DNA of 64,000 nt, taken from assembly GCA_964057225.1 (NCBI GenBank), contig OZ059895.1:3782001-3846000 (forward strand), read 5' to 3'. Both the position numbers and the translations under genes were made by a program. Positions 29,101 through 40,600 of this stretch are shown piece after piece. The notes beneath the pieces are model-generated. The model had not been told where the DNA came from and did no database searches. It was given only the letters and a program-made list of their open reading frames with translations. The DNA comes from Auanema rhodensis. Taxonomy: Eukaryota > Animalia > Nematoda. Every line of letters begins with the position of its first letter. Positions within the stretch are counted from its first letter, which is position 1.

Positions 29101-32100
29101 TGTAAAACATGCCCTTCAAAGCATCAGAACATGTGATCACATTCCAATTTTTTTGTATCTATCTTGTAAAGATAGTAATATATCATATGTTGAACACTAT
29201 GTTGGAAAGATTTTAATTCAGATTTTTTAATTTTTATTCAGTTTGTTTTTTAAACTTTGATTAAGAACTTTGATTTTTGTACACCCATAAAATATACGCA
29301 GCACAGGTTACCCTTGAATAATGAACTGACCGACTAATCAGACATGGATCTTTCCTAGTTCTGTTGCTTGAATGGATGTTTTCCTACGTAGGCTAGTAAA
29401 ACATGCCCTTCAAAGCATCAGAACATGTGACCACATTCCAATTTTTTTGTATCTATCTTGTAAAGATAGTAATATATCATATGTTGAACACTATGTTGGA
29501 AAGATTTTAATTCAGATTTTCTAACTTTTATTCAGTTTGTTTTTTAAACTTTGATTAAGAACTTTGATTTTTGTACACCCATAAATTATACGCAGCACAG
29601 GTTACCCTTAATTAATGAACTGACCGACTAATCAGACATGGATCTTTCCAAGTTCTGTTGCTTGAACGGATGTTTTCCTACGAAGGCTAGTAAAACATGC
29701 CCTTCAAAGCATCAGAACATGTGATCACATTCCAATATTTTTGTATCTATCTTGTAAAGATAGTAATATATCATATGTTGAACACTATGTTGGAAAGATT
29801 TTAATTCAGATTTTTTCAACTTTCACTCAGTTTGTTTTCTTAACTTTGATTAAGAACCTTGTTGTTCGTACACCCATAAAATATACGCAGCACAGGTTAC
29901 CCTTAAATAATGAACTGACCGACTAATCAGACATGGATCTTTCCTAGTTCTGTTGCTTGAATGGATGTTTTCCTACGTAGGCTAGTAAAACATGCCCTTC
30001 AAAGCATCAGAACATGTGATCACATTCCAATTTTTTTGTATCTATCTTGTAAAGATAGTAATATATCATATGTTGAACACTATGTTGGAAAGATTTTAAT
30101 TCAGATTTTTTAATTTTTATTCAGTTTGTTTTTTAAACTTTGATTAAGAACTTTGATTTTTGTACACCCATAAATTATACGCAGCACAGGTTACCCTTAA
30201 ATAATGAACTGACCGACTAATCAGACATGGATCTTTCCAAGTTCTGTTGCTTGAACGGATGTTTTCCTACGTAGGCTAGTAAAACATGCCCTTCAAAGCA
30301 TCAGAACATGTGATCACATTCCAATTTTTTTGTATCTATCTTGTAAAGATAGTAATATATCATATGTTGAACACTATGTTGGAAAGATTTTAATTCAGAT
30401 TTTTTCATCTTTCACTCAGTTTGTTCTCTAAACTTTGATTAAGAACCTTGTTGTTTGTACACCCATAAGATATACGCAGCACAGGTTACCCTTAATTAAT
30501 GAACTGACCGACTAATCAGACATGGATCTTTCCAAGTTCTGTTGCTTGAACGGATGTTTTCCAACGTAGGCTAGTAAAACATGCCCTTCAAAGCATCAGA
30601 ACATGTGATCACATTCCAATTTTTTTGTATCTATTTTGTAAAGATAGTAATAAACTTTGATTTTTGTACACCCATAAATTATACGCAGCACAGGTTACCC
30701 TTAAATAATGAACTGACCGACTAATCAGACATGGATCTTTCCTAGTTCTGTTGCTTGAATGGATGTTTTCCTACGTAGGCTAGTAAAACATGCCCTTCAA
30801 AGCATCAGAACATGTGATCACATTCCAATTTTTTTGTATCTATCTTGTAAAGATAGTAATATATCATATGTTGAACACTATGTTGGAAAGATTTTAATTC
30901 AGATTTTCTAACTTTTATTCAGTTTGTTTTTTAAACTTTGATTAAGAACTTTGATTTTTGTACACCCATAAATTATACGCAGCACAGGTTACCCTTAAAT
31001 AATGAACTGACCGACTAATCAGACATGGATCTTTCCTAGTTCTGTTGCTTGAATGGATGTTTTCCTACGTAGGCTAGTAAAACATGCCCTTCAAAGCATC
31101 AGAACATGTGATCACATTCCAATTTTTTTGTATCTATCTTGTAAAGATAGTAATAAACTTTGATTTTTGTACACCCATAAATTATACGCAGCACAGGTTA
31201 CCCTTAAATAATGAACTGACCGACTAATCAGACATGGATCTTTCCTAGTTCTGTTGCTTGAATGGATGTTTTCCTACGTAGGCTAGTAAAACATGCCCTT
31301 CAAAGCATCAGAACATGTGATCACATTCCAATTTTTTTGTATCTATCTTGTAAAGATAGTAATATATCATATGTTGAACACTATGTTGGAAAGATTTTAA
31401 TTCAGATTTTCTAACTTTTAATCAGTTTGTTTTTTAAACTTTGATTAAGAACTTTGATTTTTGTACACCCATAAATTATACGCAGCACAGGTTACCCTTA
31501 AATAATGAACTGACCGACTAATCAGACATGGATCTTTCCTAGTTCTGTTGCTTGAATGGATGTTTTCCTACGTAGGCTAGTAAAACATGCCCTTCAAAGC
31601 ATCAGAACATGTGATCACATTCCAATTTTTTTGTATCTATCTTGTAAAGATAGTAATAAACTTTGATTTTTGTACACCCATAAATTATACGCAGCACAGG
31701 TTACCCTTAAATAATGAACTGACCGACTAATCAGACATGGATCTTTCCTAGTTCTGTTGCTTGAATGGATGTTTTCCTACGTAGGCTAGTAAAACATGCC
31801 CTTCAAAGCATCAGAACATGTGATCACATTCCAATTTTTTTGTATCTATCTTGTAAAGATAGTAATATATCATATGTTGAACACTATGTTGGAAAGATTT
31901 TAATTCAGATTTTCTAACTTTTAATCAGTTTGTTTTTTAAACTTTGATTAAGAACTTTGATTTTTGTACACCCATAAATTATACGCAGCACAGGTTACCC
32001 TTAAATAATGAACTGACCGACTAATCAGACATGGATCTTTCCTAGTTCTGTTGCTTGAATGGATGTTTTCCTACGTAGGCTAGTAAAACATGCCCTTCAA

Positions 32101-35010
32101 AGCATCAGAACATGTGATCACATTCCAATTTTTTTGTATCTATCTTGTGAAGATAGTAATATATCATATGTTGAACACTATGTTGGAAAGATTTTAATTC
32201 AGATTTTCTAAGTTTTATTCAGTTTGTTTTTTAAACTTTGATTAAGAACTTTGATTTTTGTACACCCATAAATTATACGCAGCACAGGTTACCCTTAAAT
32301 AATAAACTGACCGACTAATCAGACATGGATCTTTCCTAGTTCTGTTGCTTGAATGGATGTTTTCCTACGTAGGCTAGTAAAACATGCCCTTCAAAGCATC
32401 AGAACATGTGATCACATTCCAATTTTTTTGTATCTATTTTGTAAAGATAGTAATAAACTTTGATTTTTGTACACCCATAAATTATACGCAGCACAGGTTA
32501 CCCTTAAATAATGAACTGACCGACTAATCAGACATGGATCTTTCCTAGTTCTGTTGCTTGAATGGATGTTTTCCTACGTAGGCTAGTAAAACATGCCCTT
32601 CAAAGCATCAGAACATGTGATCACATTCCAATTTTTTTGTATCTATTTTGTAAAGATAGTAATAAACTTTGATTTTTGTACACCCATAAATTATACGCAG
32701 CACAGGTTACCCTTAAATAATGAACTGACCGACTAATCAGACATGGATCTTTCCTAGTTCTGTTGCTTGAATGGATGTTTTCCTACGTACGCTAGTGAAA
32801 CATGCCCTTCAAAGCATCAGAACATGTGATCACATTCCAATTTTCTTGTATCTATCTTGTAAAGATAGTAATATATCATATGTTGAACCCTATGTTGGAA
32901 AGATTTTAATTCAGATTTTCTAACTTTTATTCAGTTTGTTTTTTAAACTTTGATTAAGAACTTTGATTTTTGTACACCCATAAATTATACGCAGCACAGG
33001 TTACCTTTAAATAATGAACTGACCGACTAATCAGACATGGATCTTTCCTAGTTCTGTTGCTTGAATGGATGTTTTCCTACGTAGGCTAGTAAAACATGCC
33101 CTTCAAAGCATCAGAACATGTGATCACATTCCAATTTTTTTGTATCTATCTTGTAAAGATAGTAATAAACTTTGATTTTTGTACACCCATAAATTATACG
33201 CAGCACAGGTTACCCTTAAATAATGAACTGACCGACTAATCAGACATGAATCTTTCCTAGTTCTGTTGCTTGAATGGATGTTTTCCTACGTAGGCTAGTA
33301 AAACATGCCCTTCAAAGCATCAGAACATGTGATCACATTCCAATTTTTTTGTATCTATCTTGTAAAGATAGTAATAAACTTTGATTTTTGTACACATATA
33401 AATTATACGCAGCACAGGTTACCCTTAAATAATGAACTGACCGACTAATCAGACATGGATCTTTCCTAGTTCTGTTGCTTGAATGGATGTTTTCCTACGT
33501 ATGCTTGTAAAACATGCCCTTCAAAGCATCAGAACATGTGATCACATTCCAATTTTTTTGTATCTATCTTGTAAAGATAGTAATATATCATATGTTGAAC
33601 ACTATGTTGGAAAGATTTTAATTCAGATTTTTTAATTTTTATTCAGTTTGTTTTTTAAACTTTGATTAAGAACTTTGATTTTTGTACACCCATAAAATAT
33701 ACGCAGCACAGGTTACCCTTGAATAATGAACTGACCGACTAATCAGACATGGATCTTTCCTAGTTCTGTTGCTTGAATGGATGTTTTCCTACGTAGGCTA
33801 GTAAAACATGCCCTTCAAAGCATCAGAACATGTGACCACATTCCAATTTTTTTGTATCTATCTTGTAAAGATAGTAATATATCATATGTTGAACACTATG
33901 TTGGAAAGATTTTAATTCAGATTTTCTAACTTTTATTCAGTTTGTTTTTTAAACTTTGATTAAGAACTTTGATTTTTGTACACCCATAAATTATACGCAG
34001 CACAGGTTACCCTTAATTAATGAACTGACCGACTAATCAGACATGGATCTTTCCAAGTTCTGTTGCTTGAACGGATGTTTTCCTACGAAGGCTAGTAAAA
34101 CATGCCCTTCAAAGCATCAGAACATGTGATCACATTCCAATATTTTTGTATCTATCTTGTAAAGATAGTAATATATCATATGTTGAACACTATGTTGGAA
34201 AGATTTTAATTCAGATTTTTTCAACTTTCACTCAGTTTGTTTTCTTAACTTTGATTAAGAACCTTGTTGTTCGTACACCCATAAAATATACGCAGCACAG
34301 GTTACCCTTAAATAATGAACTGACCGACTAATCAGACATGGATCTTTCCTAGTTCTGTTGCTTGAATGGATGTTTTCCTACGTAGGCTAGTAAAACATGC
34401 CCTTCAAAGCATCAGAACATGTGATCACATTCCAATTTTTTTGTATCTATCTTGTAAAGATAGTAATATATCATATGTTGAACACTATGTTGGAAAGATT
34501 TTAATTCAGATTTTTTAATTTTTATTCAGTTTGTTTTTTAAACTTTGATTAAGAACTTTGATTTTTGTACACCCATAAATTATACGCAGCACAGGTTACC
34601 CTTAAATAATGAACTGACCGACTAATCAGACATGGATCTTTCCAAGTTCTGTTGCTTGAACGGATGTTTTCCTACGTAGGCTAGTAAAACATGCCCTTCA
34701 AAGCATCAGAACATGTGATCACATTCCAATTTTTTTGTATCTATCTTGTAAAGATAGTAATATATCATATGTTGAACACTATGTTGGAAAGATTTTAATT
34801 CAGATTTTTTCATCTTTCACTCAGTTTGTTCTCTAAACTTTGATTAAGAACCTTGTTGTTTGTACACCCATAAGATATACGCAGCACAGGTTACCCTTAA
34901 TTAATGAACTGACCGACTAATCAGACATGGATCTTTCCAAGTTCTGTTGCTTGAACGGATGTTTTCCAACGTAGGCTAGTAAAACATGCCCTTCAAAGCA
35001 TCAGAACATG
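26200..35010. repeat. Tandem duplication of a 4405-bp, 17-monomer block
   Basis: Private variants recur at +4405: TGTGAAG at 27741/32146, CGTACGCTAGTG at 28381/32786, and the 61-aa ORFs at 29741/34146. Boundaries are approximate. Confidence 0.92.
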
Positions 35011-35337
35011 TGATCACATTCCAATTTTTTTGTATCTATCTTGTAAAGATAGTAATAAACTTTGATTTTTGTACACCCATAAATTATACGCAGCACAGGT
35101 TACCCTTAAATAATGAACTGACCGACTAATCAGACATGGATCTTTCCTAGTTCTGTTGCTTGAATGGATGTTTTCCTACCTAGGCTAGTAAAACATGCCC
35201 TTCAAAGCATCAGAACATGTGATCACATTCCAATTTTTTTGTATCTATCTTGTAAAGATAGTAATATATCATATGTTGAACACTATGTTCGAAAGATTTT
35301 AATTCAGATTTTCTAACTTTTATTCAGTTTGTTTTTT

Positions 35338-35341
35338 AAAC
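35338..35341 (+). other. Target-site duplication AAAC (second copy at 46821-46824)
   Basis: The intact monomer reads TTTTTTAAACTTTGATT. The junctions read TTTTTT-AAAC|LTR and LTR|AAAC-TTTGATT. Confidence 0.95.
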
Positions 35342-35676
35342 CGTTCCGTTATGCTCTCGCATCTATCCTATAGACCAATGTAGTCTATAAGATGTGCGAT
35401 ACAGTGTTCCAGATGTAGCGGTATTAATAGAGCATATGGATAACATAAGACTCATGAAAAGAAAGGTTTATTCTACATAATGATTACAATAAGTTACGAT
35501 AAGAATTAAAGAGATATAAACTATAGGTGAGCTCTGAGGAGATGACAAGCCATCCTTAGTCATTCCATGAGACAGAACTAAAGTCTGAGTTCCGTATAAA
35601 GGGCGTGTCAGCTCCTCTCGTCTCTTGTCGTCTAGCTCTAACCCGCCTGCTACGTATTGATCATCCGAATGGAACG
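35342..35676 (-). repeat. 3' LTR (335 bp)
   Basis: Direct repeat of 46485-46820. Candidate minus-strand polyadenylation signal AATAAA at 35467-35472. Confidence 0.97.
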
Positions 35677-35688
35677 TGCCATTTTTTC
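35677..35688 (-). promoter_or_regulatory. Putative short, atypical polypurine tract
   Basis: Minus-strand GAAAAAATGGCA directly precedes the 3' LTR. The position is right, but the tract is short and interrupted by pyrimidines. Confidence 0.5.
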
Positions 35689-36402
35689 GAGTTTATGTCG
35701 CGTCCTCGCGACTATCAAAATGTGTGGCTTGTTTCAATCGTAGCAAGAGGTTTAGAGGTTTTACATGTTAAAATATATTGTTGTTGTTCAAATAATACAA
35801 AATTATACAATATTAACCTCAACAATATTGTCTAAAAAGGATTTAATAAGTTTTAAATAAAATAATACATGAGTATAAAGCAAAAACACAATCTTTTAAG
35901 AATACTAGAGCTATATTTTGTCAGCGAAAGTGCATGAAAGTAGCTTTTTGGGCACGACGCTGTATGTCTAACCAATATAGAGCAGAGTAGCGAGAGCTAA
36001 GTTATATTCTCAATGAAGCTAGGCTGTTTCTTCAGCTTTGAAAGAAAACATTATTTGTTTGGAATTATTAAAACAATCCCGTATAATTTCCAGAAATGAA
36101 TCATTAATTACTTGATGATGACTGTTGCTCAGCTTTGATTGCAATATAATGTCTCTCATCTTTCATTTCTTCGGGTTTTTAGGGGAAATTATTTGAGATT
36201 GGAGTAACTTTTATGATAATTTGTAGCTATTATTATATATATATTTTTTTTTCGATGTGCTTGAAACATGACTGCTCATTAAGTTATAGCTTACTGCTCA
36301 TCTATCTGTTGTTTGTGTTGGTAAAATTAATTTTTAGCTCTAGTTTCCTTTAAACGATTTTTATGCAAAATTTTTAACAATAGTGTAATCAATGTGGTTG
36401 TT

Positions 36403-37656
36403 TTATCTTCTTCTTGATGGTATCCAATTATGATCTGATGGGTCTTCTGAGTCAATTTCGGTGTCTAATTCTTCGTTATTGTTTCCGTGTATAACTTCGA
36501 TAATTTCGATGTCACTGTCGTCATCTGAGTCGCTGTTTCTAGCTTTGGAGCGAGTGTTGTGCGCTGCTCCACATGTTGAACTTCGATTGAAAAGTTTCAA
36601 GTTGTCTTTGTGTATATCTTGGAGTTTTCCAAAAGGATTCTTGATTTGTACCATTGATCCTTTTACTTTGATGACCTCAAAGGGTCCATCATAACATTTC
36701 CTCAGCTTTTGACCTATTTTATGTGACTTAATGGTCAACATAACTTGGTCTCCTTCACTGATGTCTCTTTCTTCAATTCGTTGTCTTGAATCGTGTTTCT
36801 TCTTTGCTTGTTGCTGATGTTTTTCCAAGTTATCTTGAATGATAGATTTTCTTTCTTGACGAAGTTGTTCCATGTTTTCTACATCAATGGATATTGTTCC
36901 TGATTCCGGTGTTTCAGGTGATAATTCTTTATCGAGTCTCATACGACTTTCTTTTCCGAATAAAGCTATATATGGTGATATTCCTGTTGTTGAGTGTGTT
37001 GTGGTGTTTAACGCAAAGGTGACTTTTGGCAAAAATAAGTCCCAATCAGTAACTTCTTCGTTCAAATAATGTGTTAATCCTTCTTCTAACGTCCTATGTA
37101 GTCTTTCCACTTGTCCGTTAGAGTTCTTCTGATGCGGGAGTGTTGGTTCATGTTTTATGCCGAGTTTATCACACATATTTTCGAATTTCTTTGATACAAA
37201 ATTGGAACCTCGATCTGTTATTAGTCGATTTGGAGGTCCATAAATGTATACAAAATTTCTGAGGAATCTGTCGATGACAACGTCCGTAACTATTGTAGGT
37301 ATAGCAATAGTTGTCGCCCATTTGGAAAAAGAGTCCTGGATTGTAAGAACGTAGTTGTTGTTTTTTTTTGATGTTGGGAAGGGTCCCATAATATCCATAT
37401 GTATTCTCTCAAATGGTTTAGATGGTATTTCGAATTGACCCATTGGCTGAACGGTCATAGCATGAGGGTCTTTCTTCCTTTGTGCGCATTTAACGCATTG
37501 TTTCACAAAAATTGCTATGTCCGTTTGCATATTTGTCCAGAAGAATCTTCGTAATATGGCTTCTTTCGTTTTATTAATTCCTTGATGTGCCCCGATTGCT
37601 GGGTCTTCATGAAATTCTTCGATGATCTTGCTGATCAGTTCGCTTTTGTGGTAAAA
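36403..37656 (-). CDS. Polyprotein segment 3: integrase (HHCC, D,D35E, GPF) with an acidic C-terminal tail
   Basis: Frame open from 37656 gives FHEDPAIGAH...CVKC. Catalytic motifs HMDIMGP and ITDRG-(35 aa)-VERL; also YDGPFEV. No chromodomain recognised. Confidence 0.95.
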   Translation of the reverse strand, partial: FYHKSELISKIIEEFHEDPAIGAHQGINKTKEAILRRFFWTNMQTDIAIFVKQCVKCAQRKKDPHAMTVQPMGQFEIPSKPFERIHMDIMGPFPTSKKNNNYVLTIQDSFSKWATTIAIPTIVTDVVIDRFLRNFVYIYGPPNRLITDRGSNFVSKKFENMCDKLGIKHEPTLPHQKNSNGQVERLHRTLEEGLTHYLNEEVTDWDLFLPKVTFALNTTTHSTTGISPYIALFGKESRMRLDKELSPETPESGTISIDVENMEQLRQERKSIIQDNLEKHQQQAKKKHDSRQRIEERDISEGDQVMLTIKSHKIGQKLRKCYDGPFEVIKVKGSMVQIKNPFGKLQDIHKDNLKLFNRSSTCGAAHNTRSKARNSDSDDDSDIEIIEVIHGNNNEELDTEIDSEDPSDHNWIPSRRR

Positions 37657-40600
37657 CTAAGGCTGGGTGTGGTCTTTTCGTGCTCGGTTTTGTGTACAGC
37701 ATGTTATCAATTACACAATAACGATCATTGGAGAGCATGTTTTTCTTTGTTCTGTATTCAATTTCGGCAATTGTCTTTTTGATCCAAGGTGTATTGCCTT
37801 GTATTTGTTTAATGTCTGGTATGTTAACAAAGTTAACCTGAGCAAGTTGAGGCTCTTTAACTTTCTTTTTCTTTTCTGGCTTTGGATCATTAGCTTCGTC
37901 TCCAATGTATCGTGAAAGAGCGTCACAGACTTTGTTTAGTCTACCTTCACGATATCTGATCTCAATGTTGTATTCCTGTATCACTAATTGAAATTTTGCT
38001 AGTCTTCCAAACAAATCTCTTCGTGTCATTAAGCTTGTTAATGGTCGGTGATCCGTAATGCATATTGCGTGTGATCCAAGTATATAAGTCCGAAACTGAG
38101 CAAGCGCGTATACTAATCCTAGGGCTTCGATCTCAATAGGAGGATAGTTTCGTTCGGCTTTAACTAATTTTCTACTTGCAAAAGCAATAGGATGTAAGTT
38201 TTTCAAAGGTTCATTCGGATCTTCAGGTTGTAACAGTACTGCTCCGATGGCTATATTGCTGCCATCGCTTTCAATTATGAAAATACGATCTGCTCTTGGT
38301 GGTTTCAGTACTGGTGCTTCCATTAATCTTTTCTTTAATTTTTCTAGCGCTTGTTGGCACTGGTCTGACCATTTGAAATCTGTGTCCAGTTTTGTGAGAT
38401 CATATAGAGGGCTTGCGATGTGAGCAAAGTCTTTAATGAATTTCCGAAAGAATCCTACCATTCCCAAAAATGCTCTAACTCCCGTAGGTGACTGTGGAGC
38501 AGGATAGTCTTGGATGGCGGAAACTTTCTTTGGATCAGGCTTAACTCCATCTCTTCCAACAATTAACCCAAGAAATTTGACTTCTGGTCTAGCAAATGAG
38601 CATTTCTTGAGCTTTATCTTCAATCCTAGTTCTTCAATTCTTTCGAGTACTTCTTCAATATCATATATGTGTTGTTCTGCATTATCTGATATAACAAGTA
38701 GATCGTCTAAGTAAACGAATAGTCTGCATTTGCATCTGCTTTGAAGATATCGTACCGCAGTTTGGAAGGTATGTGGAGCGCCACATAATCCCATAGGCAT
38801 CCTTCTGTATTGATACGTTCCCGTATTTGTTGTGAAGGCTGTTAAGGATCGGTCTGATTTCTTTAATGGTATTTGGAAAAATCCAGAAACTAAATCAAAA
38901 TTGGAAAAATATTTTGATCCAGCTGTCATATCAATAATGTCGGAGATATTAGGAATTACATATGTTTGCTTCCGTGTAACGTTGTTTAAAGCGCGGAAAT
39001 CAGTTACGAAACGAAATGTATCGTCCTTTTTCTTCACTAATACGACAGGACTATTGAACAGTGATGTTGATGGTTCGATTATTCCTTGTTGAAGCATTTC
39101 CTGTACTTGTCTTTCGATTTCCTCTTGTTTTCCTAAGGGTATACGAGTGATCCTAGGTTTAGGCATATCCATGTCAGTTCTTAATGGTATGCTGTGTTCT
39201 ACAGGGCCTTTGAACAGCCCTATATTTTTGTCTTCATTGAGGAAAGCCTTTTTTCGTCTGCGAATTATAGAACGTAAATGATCTTTAAGATTTTGTGTAA
39301 GATCAGCATCTTTTAGATCAAGTTCTTTCATAAAATCAGTTGGAAAAGTAGGTAATTTACTTTCCCAATCAGCTTCAGGTGGAATATAGTCTTGTTTTTG
39401 ATCAGTTGTGAAGATTTCATAGTCTGGCATGATTCCTATCTCAGCTTTAGTAATTACGTGTCCTGATGGTAATTCAATAGATTTGTTGGAGTTGTTTTTG
39501 AACGTGATATCAATGGAATTAACATCGCGAAATGCTGTATGGTATTTGGGTGTTAACATATTGTTATTATCTATCGAGAGCATCGCGAAAGAATCGTCTC
39601 TGATGGGTTTTTCTAATTGAACTTGTAGTGTACAAGTTTCGTTTGGAAGCATATCTCGCTGTTTTAAGTTAATCAGATTGACAGTTGTTGATGTTTTGCT
39701 GAGTCTTCCGTCAATTCCATTAGCTAACCGTACTACGCGGTTTCCAATTTCTAGTGTCCTTTTGTATGGTCTAAGTTTCATGCCAATGTTTTGACTGTCA
39801 AGTGTCTTCATGAAATCTAATCCAATTAATGCTGGTGAAGGGCAGTCTTCATCGTTGGATATATAGAATGTATGATCGATTTCATATCCGGCAATTTCGA
39901 CGGTTAGATCTATTGTACCGATGAATCGAAATTCTGATCCGTTTGCTGTTGTAGCACTTGATTTATTGTTCTTTACAAAGTCGTTTAAAGTCAAGTAATG
40001 TAGTGTTGATACTCTGATATAACTGATAGATGATCCTGAATCCCATAAGGTGAGGACTAATCTGTCATTAACAGTCATCCATAATAGTGGTAAAGATTGA
40101 TCTTTCCTTTTTGAAATTGAACAAACCAATGGTATTGCAATTGGTATATACGTCAGTATTGATGGGTAGTATTGCTTCATTATGTTTCTTGGAATGGGTT
40201 GATCAGGTTGAGTAACTAGCTCTAAGGTTTCTTCGTATGTAGGTGGGTTACTATTTCGATCCTTCAGTTCAATGTGCATGATTGGTATCGGAATTGATTT
40301 GAGGAAGTAGACCTTGATGATAAATGCTAGTATGATCACAATTATTATAACAGATGTGATTGCACCAATTGTAATTAGTGTTCGTTCGATTGTCCCTACC
40401 ATCGTATCAATGAATGAATTCCAAGTGTTTTTTGTGAATTCGTGTGCTTTAGATATGTAGTCACTACTCTTCTTTAAAACACTATAAGCGGCTGATATTT
40501 TAGGATCATTGTGAATTGTATGAAGTACATGATTTTGACGGATTGACGCTAAACTAGCACCATAAGCAATGGCTGTGGTCATGGAGTATACACGTGATGT

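Larger units (their letters stand above)
1..35341. repeat. Satellite DNA array, left arm: 294-bp and 209-bp monomers (plus a 295-bp variant near the right end), head-to-tail
   Basis: TTAAATAATGAACTGACC recurs at 1, 295 (294 bp) and 504 (209 bp), and so on through the arm. The short form lacks the 85 bp between GATAGTAATA and AACTTTGATTTTTG. Monomers differ by only a few substitutions. Confidence 0.99.

Noticed and set aside
6475-34331. Repeated 60-61-aa ORFs (MDVFLRRLVK..., MYLSCKDS...)
   Set aside because: They are satellite monomers in which a variant removes a TAA or shifts the frame. Most monomers are closed and no protein motif is present.
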